Below the pieces are notes generated by a model. That model did not search any database. It was not told the DNA's origin and saw only the letters and a list, made by a program, of their open reading frames with translations. Shown in pieces: positions 55,183 through 64,000 of a DNA stretch of 64,000 nucleotides. The stretch's first letter is position 1. Every line of letters begins with the position of its first letter. The stretch lies in NCBI GenBank assembly GCA_002254565.1, contig NJEG01000003.1, positions 102-64,101 of the forward strand. Direction: 5' to 3'. Source of the DNA: Candidatus Altiarchaeales archaeon ex4484_2. Lineage in GTDB: Archaea > Altiarchaeota > Altiarchaeia > IMC4 > QMZM01. Position numbers and translations under genes: made by a program.

Positions 55183-56541
55183 ATGGATGAGAAAATATTG
55201 TTGAGTGAGGACGAGATGCCGAAGAAGTGGTACAACATACAGGCTGACATGAAAACTCCGCTGGATCCGCCCCTGCATCCAGGCACTATGGAGCCTGCAA
55301 CACCTGATTTCCTTAAAGCCATATTCCCTATGGAATTGATAATGCAGGAAGTGAGCCAAGAGAAACACATAAAGATACCTGAGGAGATACGTGATATATA
55401 CAGGCTATGGAGGCCGTCTCCGTTATACCGGGCTTTTAAGCTGGAGAAGGCGCTTAAGACCCCTGCAAAAATATTCTATAAGTGGGAGGGTGTCTCCCCG
55501 CCAGGAAGCCATAAACCAAACACGGCGGTTGCGCAAGCCTACTACAACATGAAGGAGGGTATAGAGAGGATAAGCACAGAAACCGGGGCCGGGCAGTGGG
55601 GTTCAGCCATCTCATTCGCAACATCCCTGTTTGACATGGAGTGCACAGTTTACATGGTAAAGATAAGCTACGAACAGAAACCCTACCGGAAGATTCTGAT
55701 GAAGGAGTGGGGAGCTGATTGTATAGCGTCACCGTCCAACGTAACCCAGGCAGGCAGAGACATACTCGCCAAAGACCCGGATTCGACCGGCAGTCTTGGG
55801 ATAGCGATTTCCGAGGCGGTTGAGGATGCGGCAACGCACGATAACACCAACTACTCACTGGGCAGTGTACTGAATCATGTGGTACTGCATCAGACTATTA
55901 TTGGTTTGGAGGCGAAAAAGCAGTTCGCCTCCGTTGACGAGTACCCTGATGTGCTCTACGGATGCGTGGGCGGCGGCAGCAATTTCTGCGGTGCAGTGTT
56001 CCCGTTTGTGGAGGATAAATTAACCGGAAAGAAACCGGATACCAAGGTTATCGCATGCGAGCCGATGGCATGCCCTACCCTGACGAAGGGTATGTATGCA
56101 TATGATTTCGGTGACACCGCGAAGATGGCGCCTATTGTGAAGATGTATACGTTAGGTCACGACTTTGTTCCCCCGCCAATCCATGCCGGAGGACTAAGGT
56201 ATCACGGGAATGCACCACTGCTTTGTAAGCTTGTGAATGAGGGTGTTATTGGAGCGCAGGCGTACCACCAAAATGAGGTGTTTGAGGCAGCATCCCTGTT
56301 CTCGAAGACTGAGGGCTTCCTTGTTGCCCCGGAAACAGCGCACTGTGTGAAGGCAACAATAGATGAGGCACTGCGATGTAAAGAAACAGGTGAGGAAAGG
56401 GTTATATTCTTCAACAACTCAGGGCACGGACACTTTGACCTGGCCTCCTATGACGCATACCACCAGGGCAAGCTCATAGACTACGAGTACCCGGCTGAGC
56501 TGGTGAAGCAGGCGCTTGCGAATCTGCCCAAGGTTGAATAA
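55183..56541 (+). CDS. trpB2: TrpB2-type tryptophan synthase beta-like PLP enzyme.
   Basis: 452 aa with a long N-terminal extension. [18 protein letters not shown]-lysine motif and GGGSNFCG. Confidence 0.88.
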   Translation: MDEKILLSEDEMPKKWYNIQADMKTPLDPPLHPGTMEPATPDFLKAIFPMELIMQEVSQEKHIKIPEEIRDIYRLWRPSPLYRAFKLEKALKTPAKIFYKWEGVSPPGSHKPNTAVAQAYYNMKEGIERISTETGAGQWGSAISFATSLFDMECTVYMVKISYEQKPYRKILMKEWGADCIASPSNVTQAGRDILAKDPDSTGSLGIAISEAVEDAATHDNTNYSLGSVLNHVVLHQTIIGLEAKKQFASVDEYPDVLYGCVGGGSNFCGAVFPFVEDKLTGKKPDTKVIACEPMACPTLTKGMYAYDFGDTAKMAPIVKMYTLGHDFVPPPIHAGGLRYHGNAPLLCKLVNEGVIGAQAYHQNEVFEAASLFSKTEGFLVAPETAHCVKATIDEALRCKETGEERVIFFNNSGHGHFDLASYDAYHQGKLIDYEYPAELVKQALANLPKVE

Positions 56542-56552
56542 ATCTTCAACCC

Positions 56553-56573
56553 TTTTTTTCTCTTTTTTTATTT
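56553..56573 (+). terminator. Oligo-T tract; a likely archaeal intrinsic terminator after trpB2.
   Basis: ccctttttttctctttttttattt lies directly after the TAA stop. Confidence 0.45.
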
Positions 56574-56586
56574 CATAAACCCGGAG

Positions 56587-57114
56587 ATGGAGATTAAGGT
56601 AATCAGGAGCAGTAGAAGGAGGAAAACCATAAGTGCGCGGGAGGTGGATGGGGTAATTCACCTGTATCTCCCGGCAGGTCTTCTGCGCGAGGAGGAACAA
56701 AGACACATCCAGTGGGCGAAGAGGCGTATTAAATCACATCACAGGAGAAAGGAGCTTGAAGAAAAAAACGTGGATGGGAAACTGGAGAAGCTGGCAGAGA
56801 AACTCAACAAAAAATATTTCGGGGGGCAGCTTTCATGGGAAAAAATATGTTACAGCACAGAGCAGAACTCCCACATGTACGGGAACTGCAACCTTAGAGA
56901 TAAAACAATCAGGGTATCTGATAGATTGCTTAAGATGCCCGGGTTCGTTCACGACTATGTTGTTGTGCACGAGCTTGCGCATCTGAAGATACCGAATCAC
57001 AACAAGGAATTCTGGAGGCTTGTGAACCAGTACCCGAAAACAGAACGGGCCAGAGGATACCTGATGGCTGTTAGAATGGGTGATTATGATGAAGAAGATA
57101 GGTTTCCTTGTTAA
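56587..57114 (+). CDS. DUF45/YgjP-like zinc metallopeptidase.
   Basis: HELAHLKIPNHNKEFW motif (HExxH followed by NHxxxFW). Confidence 0.75.
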   Translation: MEIKVIRSSRRRKTISAREVDGVIHLYLPAGLLREEEQRHIQWAKRRIKSHHRRKELEEKNVDGKLEKLAEKLNKKYFGGQLSWEKICYSTEQNSHMYGNCNLRDKTIRVSDRLLKMPGFVHDYVVVHELAHLKIPNHNKEFWRLVNQYPKTERARGYLMAVRMGDYDEEDRFPC

Positions 57115-58192
57115 CCCCATAGCAGGTATGGGTGGCTTCGTGGGTTTGAAGGGTACTGATGGTGTGGTGGATGAGGCTGTTGAGAGAGGTGCTAAGCCTG
57201 TAGCTCCCGTCAGAGCAGGTGAGGCTCTTGACAAAGTTGATAGGAGCGGGTTTATGTTCTTCTGTTGTGCAGGCCCTATGGGAGCTGAATTGTTGGAGGA
57301 TGGGGGTTTTGACTACGACATAGTCTATGAGCCAGCCAGCCGGAAAACAACAGGCGATGATACTGTTAACGCGTGCAGGGTTTTTCTGGAGAATGAAATG
57401 GATTTGATTTTTTTCTGTGGGGGGGATGGCACGGCACGGGATATTTACTCTGTTGTGGGAGATAAAATTCCCCTGCTGGGTATTCCTGCAGGGGTTAAGA
57501 TGTATTCCGGTGTTTTCGCGGTGAACCCCCGTGTTTCCGCTGAGTTGTTCAATAGGTTCATCAGAGGGGAACTTGATTTAACTGATGCGGAGGTTATGGA
57601 CATAGATGAAGAAAAATACAGGAGCAACGTCCTTGATTCCCGGCTTTACGGTATTGCCAGGGTTCCGTACGAGAAGGCCTTGATACAGCACCCTAAGTCA
57701 ATATTTACCTCCGAGAGCGATGATGAGTGTAAAAGAAGGATTGCCTTGTTTGCTTTCGAATTCATGCACGATGACTCGCTTTATATTGTTGGAGCCGGCA
57801 GCACTACCAAGGCTGTATTCGACGCCCTGGGACTCAAGAAGACGTTACTGGGTGTTGACGCGGTCAAGAAGAGGGTTGTTGTGGCCCGGGATTTATCCGA
57901 GAAGGAACTCCTTGCTTTGCTTGACGAAAACCCCAAGACCCGGATTATCGTCTCCCCAATCGGCGCGCAGGGCTTCGTATTCGGCAGAGGGAACCAGCAG
58001 ATTTCCTCCAGGGTTATAAGAAGGGTTGGCGTCAAAAATATCATAATATTAGCTACCCCCTCCAAGCTTGCTGGAACAGAGACTTTGTTGGTGGACACAG
58101 GGGATAGGGAGCTTGATGAGGAATTATCCGGCTACACGAATATCATCTGTAACTACCGGATGGGCCAGAGGAAAAATATTCTTTCTTTCTAG
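57080..58192 (+). CDS. ATP-NAD kinase family protein (long archaeal form).
   Basis: IGFLVNPIAGMGG and FCGGDGTARD motifs. Confidence 0.7.
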   Translation: MIMMKKIGFLVNPIAGMGGFVGLKGTDGVVDEAVERGAKPVAPVRAGEALDKVDRSGFMFFCCAGPMGAELLEDGGFDYDIVYEPASRKTTGDDTVNACRVFLENEMDLIFFCGGDGTARDIYSVVGDKIPLLGIPAGVKMYSGVFAVNPRVSAELFNRFIRGELDLTDAEVMDIDEEKYRSNVLDSRLYGIARVPYEKALIQHPKSIFTSESDDECKRRIALFAFEFMHDDSLYIVGAGSTTKAVFDALGLKKTLLGVDAVKKRVVVARDLSEKELLALLDENPKTRIIVSPIGAQGFVFGRGNQQISSRVIRRVGVKNIIILATPSKLAGTETLLVDTGDRELDEELSGYTNIICNYRMGQRKNILSF

Positions 58193-59610
58193 AAGTGACG
58201 GGATGAGTGTATTTTGAGCCAGGTTTCATTCTCTTTTTTGCCTTTTTGTTTTGCCTTAATTGTTTCCAGGACGTATTCCTTGTCGTCATAGTATCTCCTT
58301 ATGAACTGGATGAAATCGGATTGCTCGTTTATCTTGTTTTGTGTCATGAAGTCTAGAACAGACTCTCTTGTTTTTATCTCCTTCAGGATTTTTTTCTGCG
58401 ATACTCCTGACTTGTAGGCCATGGAGTTTATTATGGTGGCCGGGAAGTTCTCGAAAACCAGCTTTTTTTGTTCGCTGTTGTAGACGTAGACCTCACCCAG
58501 CTGGACCACGTCACCCACAATGTTGCCGACTTCTTTTATCTCAATAACCTGCCTGACTGATTTTGATTTCTCCATGAATCTTTTTAGTGTGACTATCAGG
58601 TGGATGACGCTGATCATGTTTATGGGAACGTTCATGGGAGGGGACCTCATTCGCAGGATGGTGTCCCTGGCTGTGTTGCCGTGTATGGTGCCCATGCAGT
58701 TGTGGCCCACGTTCATCGCGGCAGCTAAAACAAAGGTTTCCTCGCCTCTGACCTCTCCCACAATAATCCTGTCCCCCCTCTGCCGTAGGCTGTTCTTTAC
58801 CAGATCCTTCATGGGTATCTCGTCTGTTGATTTCATACGAACCCAGTCTATTATGTAGTCGAGGTTGAGTTCGAAGGTGTCTTCTATTGATATAATCCGT
58901 TCTGTTTCCCTGGAGAACATTAATAAAGCGTTCAGTAGCGTTGTTTTCCCGCTTCCAATGCCCCCGCAGATTATCAGGTTCTGTGGTGCTATGTTGAAGC
59001 CGTCGATGCATGTCCAGAGGAATGCTGCTGCCTCCGCGGTTATGGTGCCGTTGTTTATTAAATCCACAAGAGTTGGCTGGTTCTCGAGGAATTTTCTTAT
59101 GGTTATCACAGGCCTCCTGAAGGATACAGGAGGTAGTGTGATGTTCACCCTGACCCCCTCAGGCAGGGTGGTGTCTATTATAGGTTTCTCTGTTAGTTCA
59201 CCGGAGAAAACCTTTATTTTTTCTATGAGCTTGAATATCTGCTCCTTGTACTTGTATTGTATGTTGGTGGAGCACTTGCCTTTTTTCCTGTGGACTACAT
59301 AGACTGGTTTGTTGGTGTCTAGTATGAGTATTTCTTCTATTTCGTCGTCTTCAAAAAGTGGCTTAAGTATCCCGTAACTGGATAGGTAGTCAGCAGCCCT
59401 CAGCACCTCTTCCTCATCCATGTGTATGTCTTCAGATATTATAAACCGTATCACCATATCCCTTCTCTCTGATGGTGTTGTGGTTGGCAGAACATTGAAG
59501 TATTTTTCGATGAATTTATTCTCCAGGTCTGAGAACTTCTCTTCCTCCTCTTGCGTGAAATCAGATTCGTCTACAATGTGTTCGCGGAACATGTTATTTA
59601 TTAGGTTCAC
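58189..59610 (-). CDS. Type II/IV secretion-family ATPase (archaeal FlaI/ArlI or pilus-assembly PilB/VirB11-like).
   Basis: Walker A CGGIGSGKTTLLNAL, Asp/His box region IVGEVRGEE...GH..MGTIH. Confidence 0.8.
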   Translation of the reverse strand: MNLINNMFREHIVDESDFTQEEEEKFSDLENKFIEKYFNVLPTTTPSERRDMVIRFIISEDIHMDEEEVLRAADYLSSYGILKPLFEDDEIEEILILDTNKPVYVVHRKKGKCSTNIQYKYKEQIFKLIEKIKVFSGELTEKPIIDTTLPEGVRVNITLPPVSFRRPVITIRKFLENQPTLVDLINNGTITAEAAAFLWTCIDGFNIAPQNLIICGGIGSGKTTLLNALLMFSRETERIISIEDTFELNLDYIIDWVRMKSTDEIPMKDLVKNSLRQRGDRIIVGEVRGEETFVLAAAMNVGHNCMGTIHGNTARDTILRMRSPPMNVPINMISVIHLIVTLKRFMEKSKSVRQVIEIKEVGNIVGDVVQLGEVYVYNSEQKKLVFENFPATIINSMAYKSGVSQKKILKEIKTRESVLDFMTQNKINEQSDFIQFIRRYYDDKEYVLETIKAKQKGKKENETWLKIHSSRHF

Positions 59611-59663
59611 TGATTTAAATCACATGTTTTATTTCCTTATTATCCAATAAGTTAATTCATAGA

Positions 59664-60917
59664 ATGCCCTCTATTGCAGAAAAGATTCTGGCGGCTAAGG
59701 CTGATAAGGATGTGGTATCTCCGGGTGAGATTATTGAGGCGGACGTTGATTATGTCATGGTTAACGACGTTACGGGTATGCCTGCATTCGAGGTCTTTGA
59801 GGAGTTTGGCACGGAGCCTCTGCGCGAAAAGATTGTGTTGATCCCCGACCACTATGTGCCCAACAAGGATGTTCCCTCAGCCGAGCAGGCTAAGTCCATG
59901 AGAGAGTTCGCTGGGAGATATGATATAGGTAACTATTTTGAGGTCGGCAGGGGTGGGGTCTGCCATCAGTTGATGATTGAGGAGGGTTTCGTCGCACCCG
60001 GCAGGTTGATTGTTGGAGCGGACAGCCATACCTGCAGCTACGGTGCCCTCGGTGCTTTCGCTACCGGTGTGGGCAGCACGGAGGCTGCGGCTGTTATGGC
60101 AACTGGACGATTATGGTTTAAGGTGCCCGAAAGCCTGAAGTTTATTGTGGAGGGTGATCTCAGTAAGTGGGTTATGGGCAAGGATGTTATCCTGAATATT
60201 ATAGGGGATATCGGGGTTTCTGGAGCGTTATATACTTCTATGGAGTTTTATGGTTCAACGATTGATGGCCTCCCCCTGGCTGACAGGATTAGCATATCTA
60301 ACATGGCGATTGAGGCGGGGGGTAAGGCGGGTATTATCCCGCCAGATGATAAGGTCTTTGATTACCTTAAGGGTAGGGTGCGCGGCCCCTATAGCGGGAT
60401 TTACGCTGATGATGACGCAGTCTATAGCGAAGTCTTCGAGTATGATGCCTCTGATTTCGTCCCGACGGTGGCTAAGCCGTTCCTTCCCTCAAACACTGCT
60501 CCCGCCTCTGAGCTATCTGGTATAGAGATACAGCAGGCTTACCTGGGCTCCTGCACCAACGGCCGGATTGAGGATTTCCGGGTTGCTGCAGAAATACTCA
60601 AGGGTAAGAGAATCAGGGCGAGCGTGCGTTTGATTGTTGTCCCATCAACCAAGAGGGTGTACGAGCAGGCTCTTAGGGAGGGTTTGATTCAGGTATTCTT
60701 GGACGCTGATGCTTTTGTTTCCGGCCCAACATGCGGTGCCTGCCTCGGCGGCTACATGGGCGTTCTCGCCAAGGGTGAGGTATGTGTCTCTTCCACGAAC
60801 AGGAATTTCATAGGAAGAATGGGCCACCCTAAATCGGAGGTGTATCTAGCCTCCCCCGCTGTTGTCGCCGCCTCAGCCTTAACTGGACATATAACGGACC
60901 CGGGTGATTTAATGTGA
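59664..60917 (+). CDS. leuC: 3-isopropylmalate/homoaconitate dehydratase large subunit.
   Basis: Aconitase-family Fe-S ligand motifs ADSHTCSYGA and GSCTNGR...GPTCGACLG; archaeal short form of 417 aa. I cannot separate LeuC from HacA on sequence alone. Confidence 0.88.
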   Translation: MPSIAEKILAAKADKDVVSPGEIIEADVDYVMVNDVTGMPAFEVFEEFGTEPLREKIVLIPDHYVPNKDVPSAEQAKSMREFAGRYDIGNYFEVGRGGVCHQLMIEEGFVAPGRLIVGADSHTCSYGALGAFATGVGSTEAAAVMATGRLWFKVPESLKFIVEGDLSKWVMGKDVILNIIGDIGVSGALYTSMEFYGSTIDGLPLADRISISNMAIEAGGKAGIIPPDDKVFDYLKGRVRGPYSGIYADDDAVYSEVFEYDASDFVPTVAKPFLPSNTAPASELSGIEIQQAYLGSCTNGRIEDFRVAAEILKGKRIRASVRLIVVPSTKRVYEQALREGLIQVFLDADAFVSGPTCGACLGGYMGVLAKGEVCVSSTNRNFIGRMGHPKSEVYLASPAVVAASALTGHITDPGDLM

Positions 60918-61840
60918 AAAATATTATTTTATTGGCTTTATTGTTTATCCTGGTATCAGGGTGCGTGCAGGAGGAGGAGACTACATCAACCTCTTCAACA
61001 GTACCCTCTACTTCAACGACAACCTCTTCACTGACCACAACATCATCTTCAACGACTACGTCAACATCTTCCACGACCTTAAGGGTAGGGCCTTCCTTGG
61101 ATGCGTTCAATAAATCCTTTACGGCCTGCTCGGATATAGTAAGCCGGAGCCGGGAGATGTGGTGTTACCTGCCTGTTGCATCGGTTGCTCCATTGGAGGC
61201 GTGTTATTTCATAGATAACGTGGACTACAGGAGGTATTGTGTGGCCTTGAACTCAGGCCTCTCATCCTGTGATAATCTATCCACTACCTTACTTAGAGGT
61301 GAGTGTGTTTTAAGGTATTCCCTGGATTCAGGGAACCCTGGTTTTTGCGCTGATATCACATCAGATGATGTTAGGGATTGGTGTCTGCTCTGGAATGCCC
61401 TCAACTCCGGTGATGGGAACCTGTGTGATGGCATCGGGAACAGGGACAGGGTGCGCTTCTGTAAGGCGGTTCTTGATTTGAACACATCTAAATGCCTTGA
61501 GTGCAGGGATCTTGATGTGGAGGCTTTTTGCCTGGCTGCGGTGGGCTTGGAGAAAGCTGATTCTTCGGTATGTGATCTGGTGTCTGGTAGGGGTTCGAGG
61601 GACAGGTGTTTTATTCTGTTGTCTTATTGGCTTGGTGATGACTCGCTTTGCAGTGGATTAGATGACAGGGACTACATTAAGTTGTGTACTGCTTTATCCA
61701 GCTCTGATCTAGGCTCTTGCAGGTCTATTTCGAGGACTCCGTGGGTTGACTTGTGTTTTAGCGCGGTGGCTTATTCCATGGTGGATGGCGATAAAGGAGC
61801 TGAGCCCTGGATTTGGTTTATGCTGGAGTCTATGTATTAG
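60914..61840 (+). CDS. Lipoprotein-like paired-Cys repeat protein inserted between leuC and leuD.
   Basis: A GTG start overlaps the leuC stop. Leader MKNIILLALLFILVSGC, a 40-aa Ser/Thr linker, then about 9 repeats of C-x10-12-C-x11-14. Confidence 0.65.
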   Translation: MKNIILLALLFILVSGCVQEEETTSTSSTVPSTSTTTSSLTTTSSSTTTSTSSTTLRVGPSLDAFNKSFTACSDIVSRSREMWCYLPVASVAPLEACYFIDNVDYRRYCVALNSGLSSCDNLSTTLLRGECVLRYSLDSGNPGFCADITSDDVRDWCLLWNALNSGDGNLCDGIGNRDRVRFCKAVLDLNTSKCLECRDLDVEAFCLAAVGLEKADSSVCDLVSGRGSRDRCFILLSYWLGDDSLCSGLDDRDYIKLCTALSSSDLGSCRSISRTPWVDLCFSAVAYSMVDGDKGAEPWIWFMLESMY

Positions 61841-61852
61841 GTTGGGGTAATA

Positions 61853-62356
61853 ATGGTTGAAAGGATTGAGGGCAGGGTTTGGTTATTTGGGGATAATGTG
61901 GATACGGACCAGATTATTCCGGCGGAGTATCTGGTTACCGGCGATATGAATGAGCTTGCACAACATGCTTTTGAGAGGGTCCGCCCTGGTTTCTCCTCAG
62001 GGGTTGAGGAGGGTGATTTGATTGTTGCCGGTGAGAACTTCGGCTGCGGCTCCTCTAGAGAGCATGCTCCGAGGGCTTTGATTGGTGCGGGAGTATCTTG
62101 TGTTATCGCTAAATCCTTCGCCCGCATCTTCTACCGTAACTCGATAAACATCGGCTTGCCTGTTGTTGAATGTGATGTGCAGACTGGTGACGGGGACAGG
62201 GTGGAGGTGGATTTCAAAAAGGGGAGGATCAGGAACCTCACAACTGGTGTGGGTTATGATTTCCCTTCCATGCCTCCTTTCGTTTTGAGGCTGGTGGAGT
62301 CCGGCGGCCTAATCTCTTATGTGAAAAAGCAGCTGGCTGAGGGCGGGAGAGCATGA
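61853..62356 (+). CDS. leuD: 3-isopropylmalate/homoaconitate dehydratase small subunit.
   Basis: GDNVDTDQIIPA and GENFGCGSSREHA motifs. Confidence 0.9.
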   Translation: MVERIEGRVWLFGDNVDTDQIIPAEYLVTGDMNELAQHAFERVRPGFSSGVEEGDLIVAGENFGCGSSREHAPRALIGAGVSCVIAKSFARIFYRNSINIGLPVVECDVQTGDGDRVEVDFKKGRIRNLTTGVGYDFPSMPPFVLRLVESGGLISYVKKQLAEGGRA

Positions 62357-62667
62357 GGATTCTGGTTTTTGTTTCTTCCAGGTGCCCGCATTGTCCGAAG
62401 GCGGTGGCGGGGGTTAAGGCGGTTGCCCCGGATTATGCGAGTTATGGTGTTTCTTTCGAGAAGATCAGGGTGAAAAGTAAGAGGGGGAAGCTTCTTTCTT
62501 CACGCTATGGTATCCGGTCTCTTCCCACGGTTTTGTTTCTGGATGATGAGGGTGGGGAGCTGGACAGGTCTGTTGGCGCTCCAAGGGAGTCTTCTTTAAG
62601 GGATAAAATCGAGAAGTCGCTGGGAATCAAGAAATCATTCATGGACAAGATTCTTGGGAGAAAGTAA
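62353..62667 (+). CDS. Small thioredoxin/glutaredoxin-fold protein.
   Basis: CPHC active site near the N-terminus (SSRCPHCPKA) and the cis-Pro region SLPTV. ATGA overlap with leuD. Confidence 0.75.
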   Translation: MRILVFVSSRCPHCPKAVAGVKAVAPDYASYGVSFEKIRVKSKRGKLLSSRYGIRSLPTVLFLDDEGGELDRSVGAPRESSLRDKIEKSLGIKKSFMDKILGRK

Positions 62668-63337
62668 TTCCTTGACAGAGAGGTTGAGAGCAGAGAAAGA
62701 TATTGTGTGAGGTGCCTGTTTAACCCTGAAATCAGCAGATTAAAAGTGTTACGTTTAATGGCGGTTATATCCAATAATTTTGAGAAGCTGCAGTGGACTT
62801 TTTATGCTATGACTGCTATTAACGCAGTTATAGCACTTATAATAAAAGCAACAGCCGATAATACCGCTAACCACCATATCTAGATTTCCTAATACTTCTT
62901 TCAGCCTCGATGACCCTGCGTTGAATTTCATATTCATCAGCTTGTTTATGTTTACCGCTTATGCTTTGGGTTATTAGTGAGCCAGTAACATCAACCCCTA
63001 ATATTTCTGCTCGTTTTATCAATTTTCTCCCTTCAACATTTTTACCATAATTTATATAAAGAGTCTGGCTTTAAGAATTTTATTATCACCTCTCAAAATT
63101 ATTTATCTAATTCTCGCTTCGATATGGTGCTCGACCTTCACTAAAGCTCAGTGGATATAACACGGGGTTTATGGTTTAATTGAACTTCACACAAACTGTC
63201 GCAGGCAACAGCTTTGTATAATCTGGGATTCTATAAGAGATCACTTGATTTATGTGTAAATCAGGGATTCTGATGATTCCAGTGAGGGTAGGGATGTTGT
63301 ATCATTTATCTTTTTGAAATAAATAATTATTTATAAT

Positions 63338-63565
63338 ATGGAGAATAAATTTACTGCAGTGTTTGAGCAATTAGGCGGATGGTGGATTGGATACATTGAG
63401 GAATTACCCGGCGCGAATACTCAAGGCAGGACATTAGATGAGGCACGAGAGAACTTGAAAGAAGCTGCACACTTAATTATTGAAGCAAACAGAGAAGTGA
63501 CACGGCGCGAAATCGCAGACACAAATGCTCAAATCATTCGCGAAGAAATATCTGTAGTAGCATAA
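63338..63565 (+). CDS. hicB: HicB-family antitoxin (UPF0150).
   Basis: FTAVFEQLGGWWIGYIEELPGANTQGRTLDEARENLKEA matches the HicB N-terminal fold pattern. Confidence 0.8.
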   Translation: MENKFTAVFEQLGGWWIGYIEELPGANTQGRTLDEARENLKEAAHLIIEANREVTRREIADTNAQIIREEISVVA

Positions 63566-63750
63566 TGAAGCGTCGTATATTGTTAAAGCATATCAGGCGG
63601 CACGGTTGCAAATTATTACGTGAAGGCGCTAACCACTCAATTTACTGGAGACCCGTCAATAAAAGAATAACATCTGTGCCCCGCCACAGTGAAATTGTAG
63701 ATAAACTAGCGATCAAAATTTGCAGAGACCTTGATATTCCAAAACCATAG
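63565..63750 (+). CDS. hicA: HicA-family mRNA interferase toxin.
   Basis: 61 aa with the pattern LKHIRRHGCKLLREGANHSIY...VPRHSEIVDKLAIKICRDLDI (YcfA/HicA). One-nt overlap with hicB (TAATG). Confidence 0.8.
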   Translation: MKRRILLKHIRRHGCKLLREGANHSIYWRPVNKRITSVPRHSEIVDKLAIKICRDLDIPKP

Positions 63751-64000
63751 ACCACCTATTTTATCAAAAAATAAGAAGGCCTCGCGACTTTTCATAACCG
63801 CATACATCGGATTTCAGGCTATCACCCCCCACCTAAATATTACTAACGTAAATTTTCTTGTGAAATAACTGATTTCTTTCTTTTCAACTAAAAGTCCCTG
63901 ACTTCCTATTAAGCAAAAGCAGGGTGGGTGAAGGATTGGGCAAAACAATGCTATGCAATATATCCGACCAGTATTCGAATCCGCTAATGTTTCAGTAGTT

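Noticed and set aside
55183-56541. trpB2 next to a complete trp operon as a novelty.
   Set aside because: A second TrpB2-type beta subunit is a well-known feature of many archaea, including adjacent to trp genes.
62755-62937. A tracked 60-aa minus ORF and a 42-aa plus-strand hydrophobic ORF (62758-62883), possibly a small toxin.
   Set aside because: I found no recognisable motif, no convincing ribosome-binding site, and the two overlap each other antisense in AT-rich DNA. The evidence is insufficient to call either one.
63960-63990. A tRNA-like TTCGAATCC string, which could mark a tRNA gene or an att site.
   Set aside because: The flanking 5-mers (CAGTA and CCGCT) cannot form a T-stem, and no acceptor or anticodon arms are evident.

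Overview
This 64 kb window looks like archaeal chromosome, most likely a euryarchaeal methanogen- or ANME-like lineage; that lineage call is inference. Archaeal hallmarks I read from the translations are Nop5, class I LysRS, GatA/GatB, Trm-G10, a class III signal peptide pilin, fused Fae-Hps, TrpB2, DUF835 and a V4R/KaiC-like pair. All calls come from motif reading of the ORF track and the DNA; no database search was run.

Layout:
- 1-9.6 kb: a cell-surface protein island. It holds a giant protein with 11 Cys-rich DCGG modules, followed by three tandem paralogous membrane-anchored Ig-like repeat proteins.
- 9.6-37.5 kb: housekeeping genes (nop5, gatA, lysK-pdxT, nadE, trkH, gatB, ilvB, pitA, ilvE, purM, tatD, htpX-lemA, scpB), with secreted or membrane proteins scattered among them.
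- 38-43.5 kb: several lesions and an apparent insertion.
- 45.5-48.8 kb: two lipoprotein-like genes with identical leaders.
- 48.9-56.5 kb: trpE-(54-aa ORF)-trpG-trpD-trpC-trpF-trpB-trpA-trpB2.
- 59.7-62.7 kb: leuC and leuD, split by a Cys-rich lipoprotein gene.
- From 62.7 kb: an AT-rich tail carrying hicB-hicA.

Most notable observations:
- A roughly 1.3 kb cassette (41.1-42.4 kb) is flanked by imperfect 30 bp direct repeats. Its single secreted-protein gene stays in one frame across two in-frame TGA codons, one of them at a position where an internal repeat has Gly, while neighbouring genes use TGA as stop.
- The gatB translation-initiation region is duplicated, creating a 26-codon upstream ORF.
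- A 129 bp in-frame tandem repeat carries a 4 bp insertion that truncates an FG-GAP surface protein.
- trpD and fae-hps both carry internal deletion plus frameshift lesions.
- A new-looking paired-Cys repeat lipoprotein family is present, with one member wedged between leuC and leuD.

No rRNA, tRNA, CRISPR array, integrase or transposase was found.
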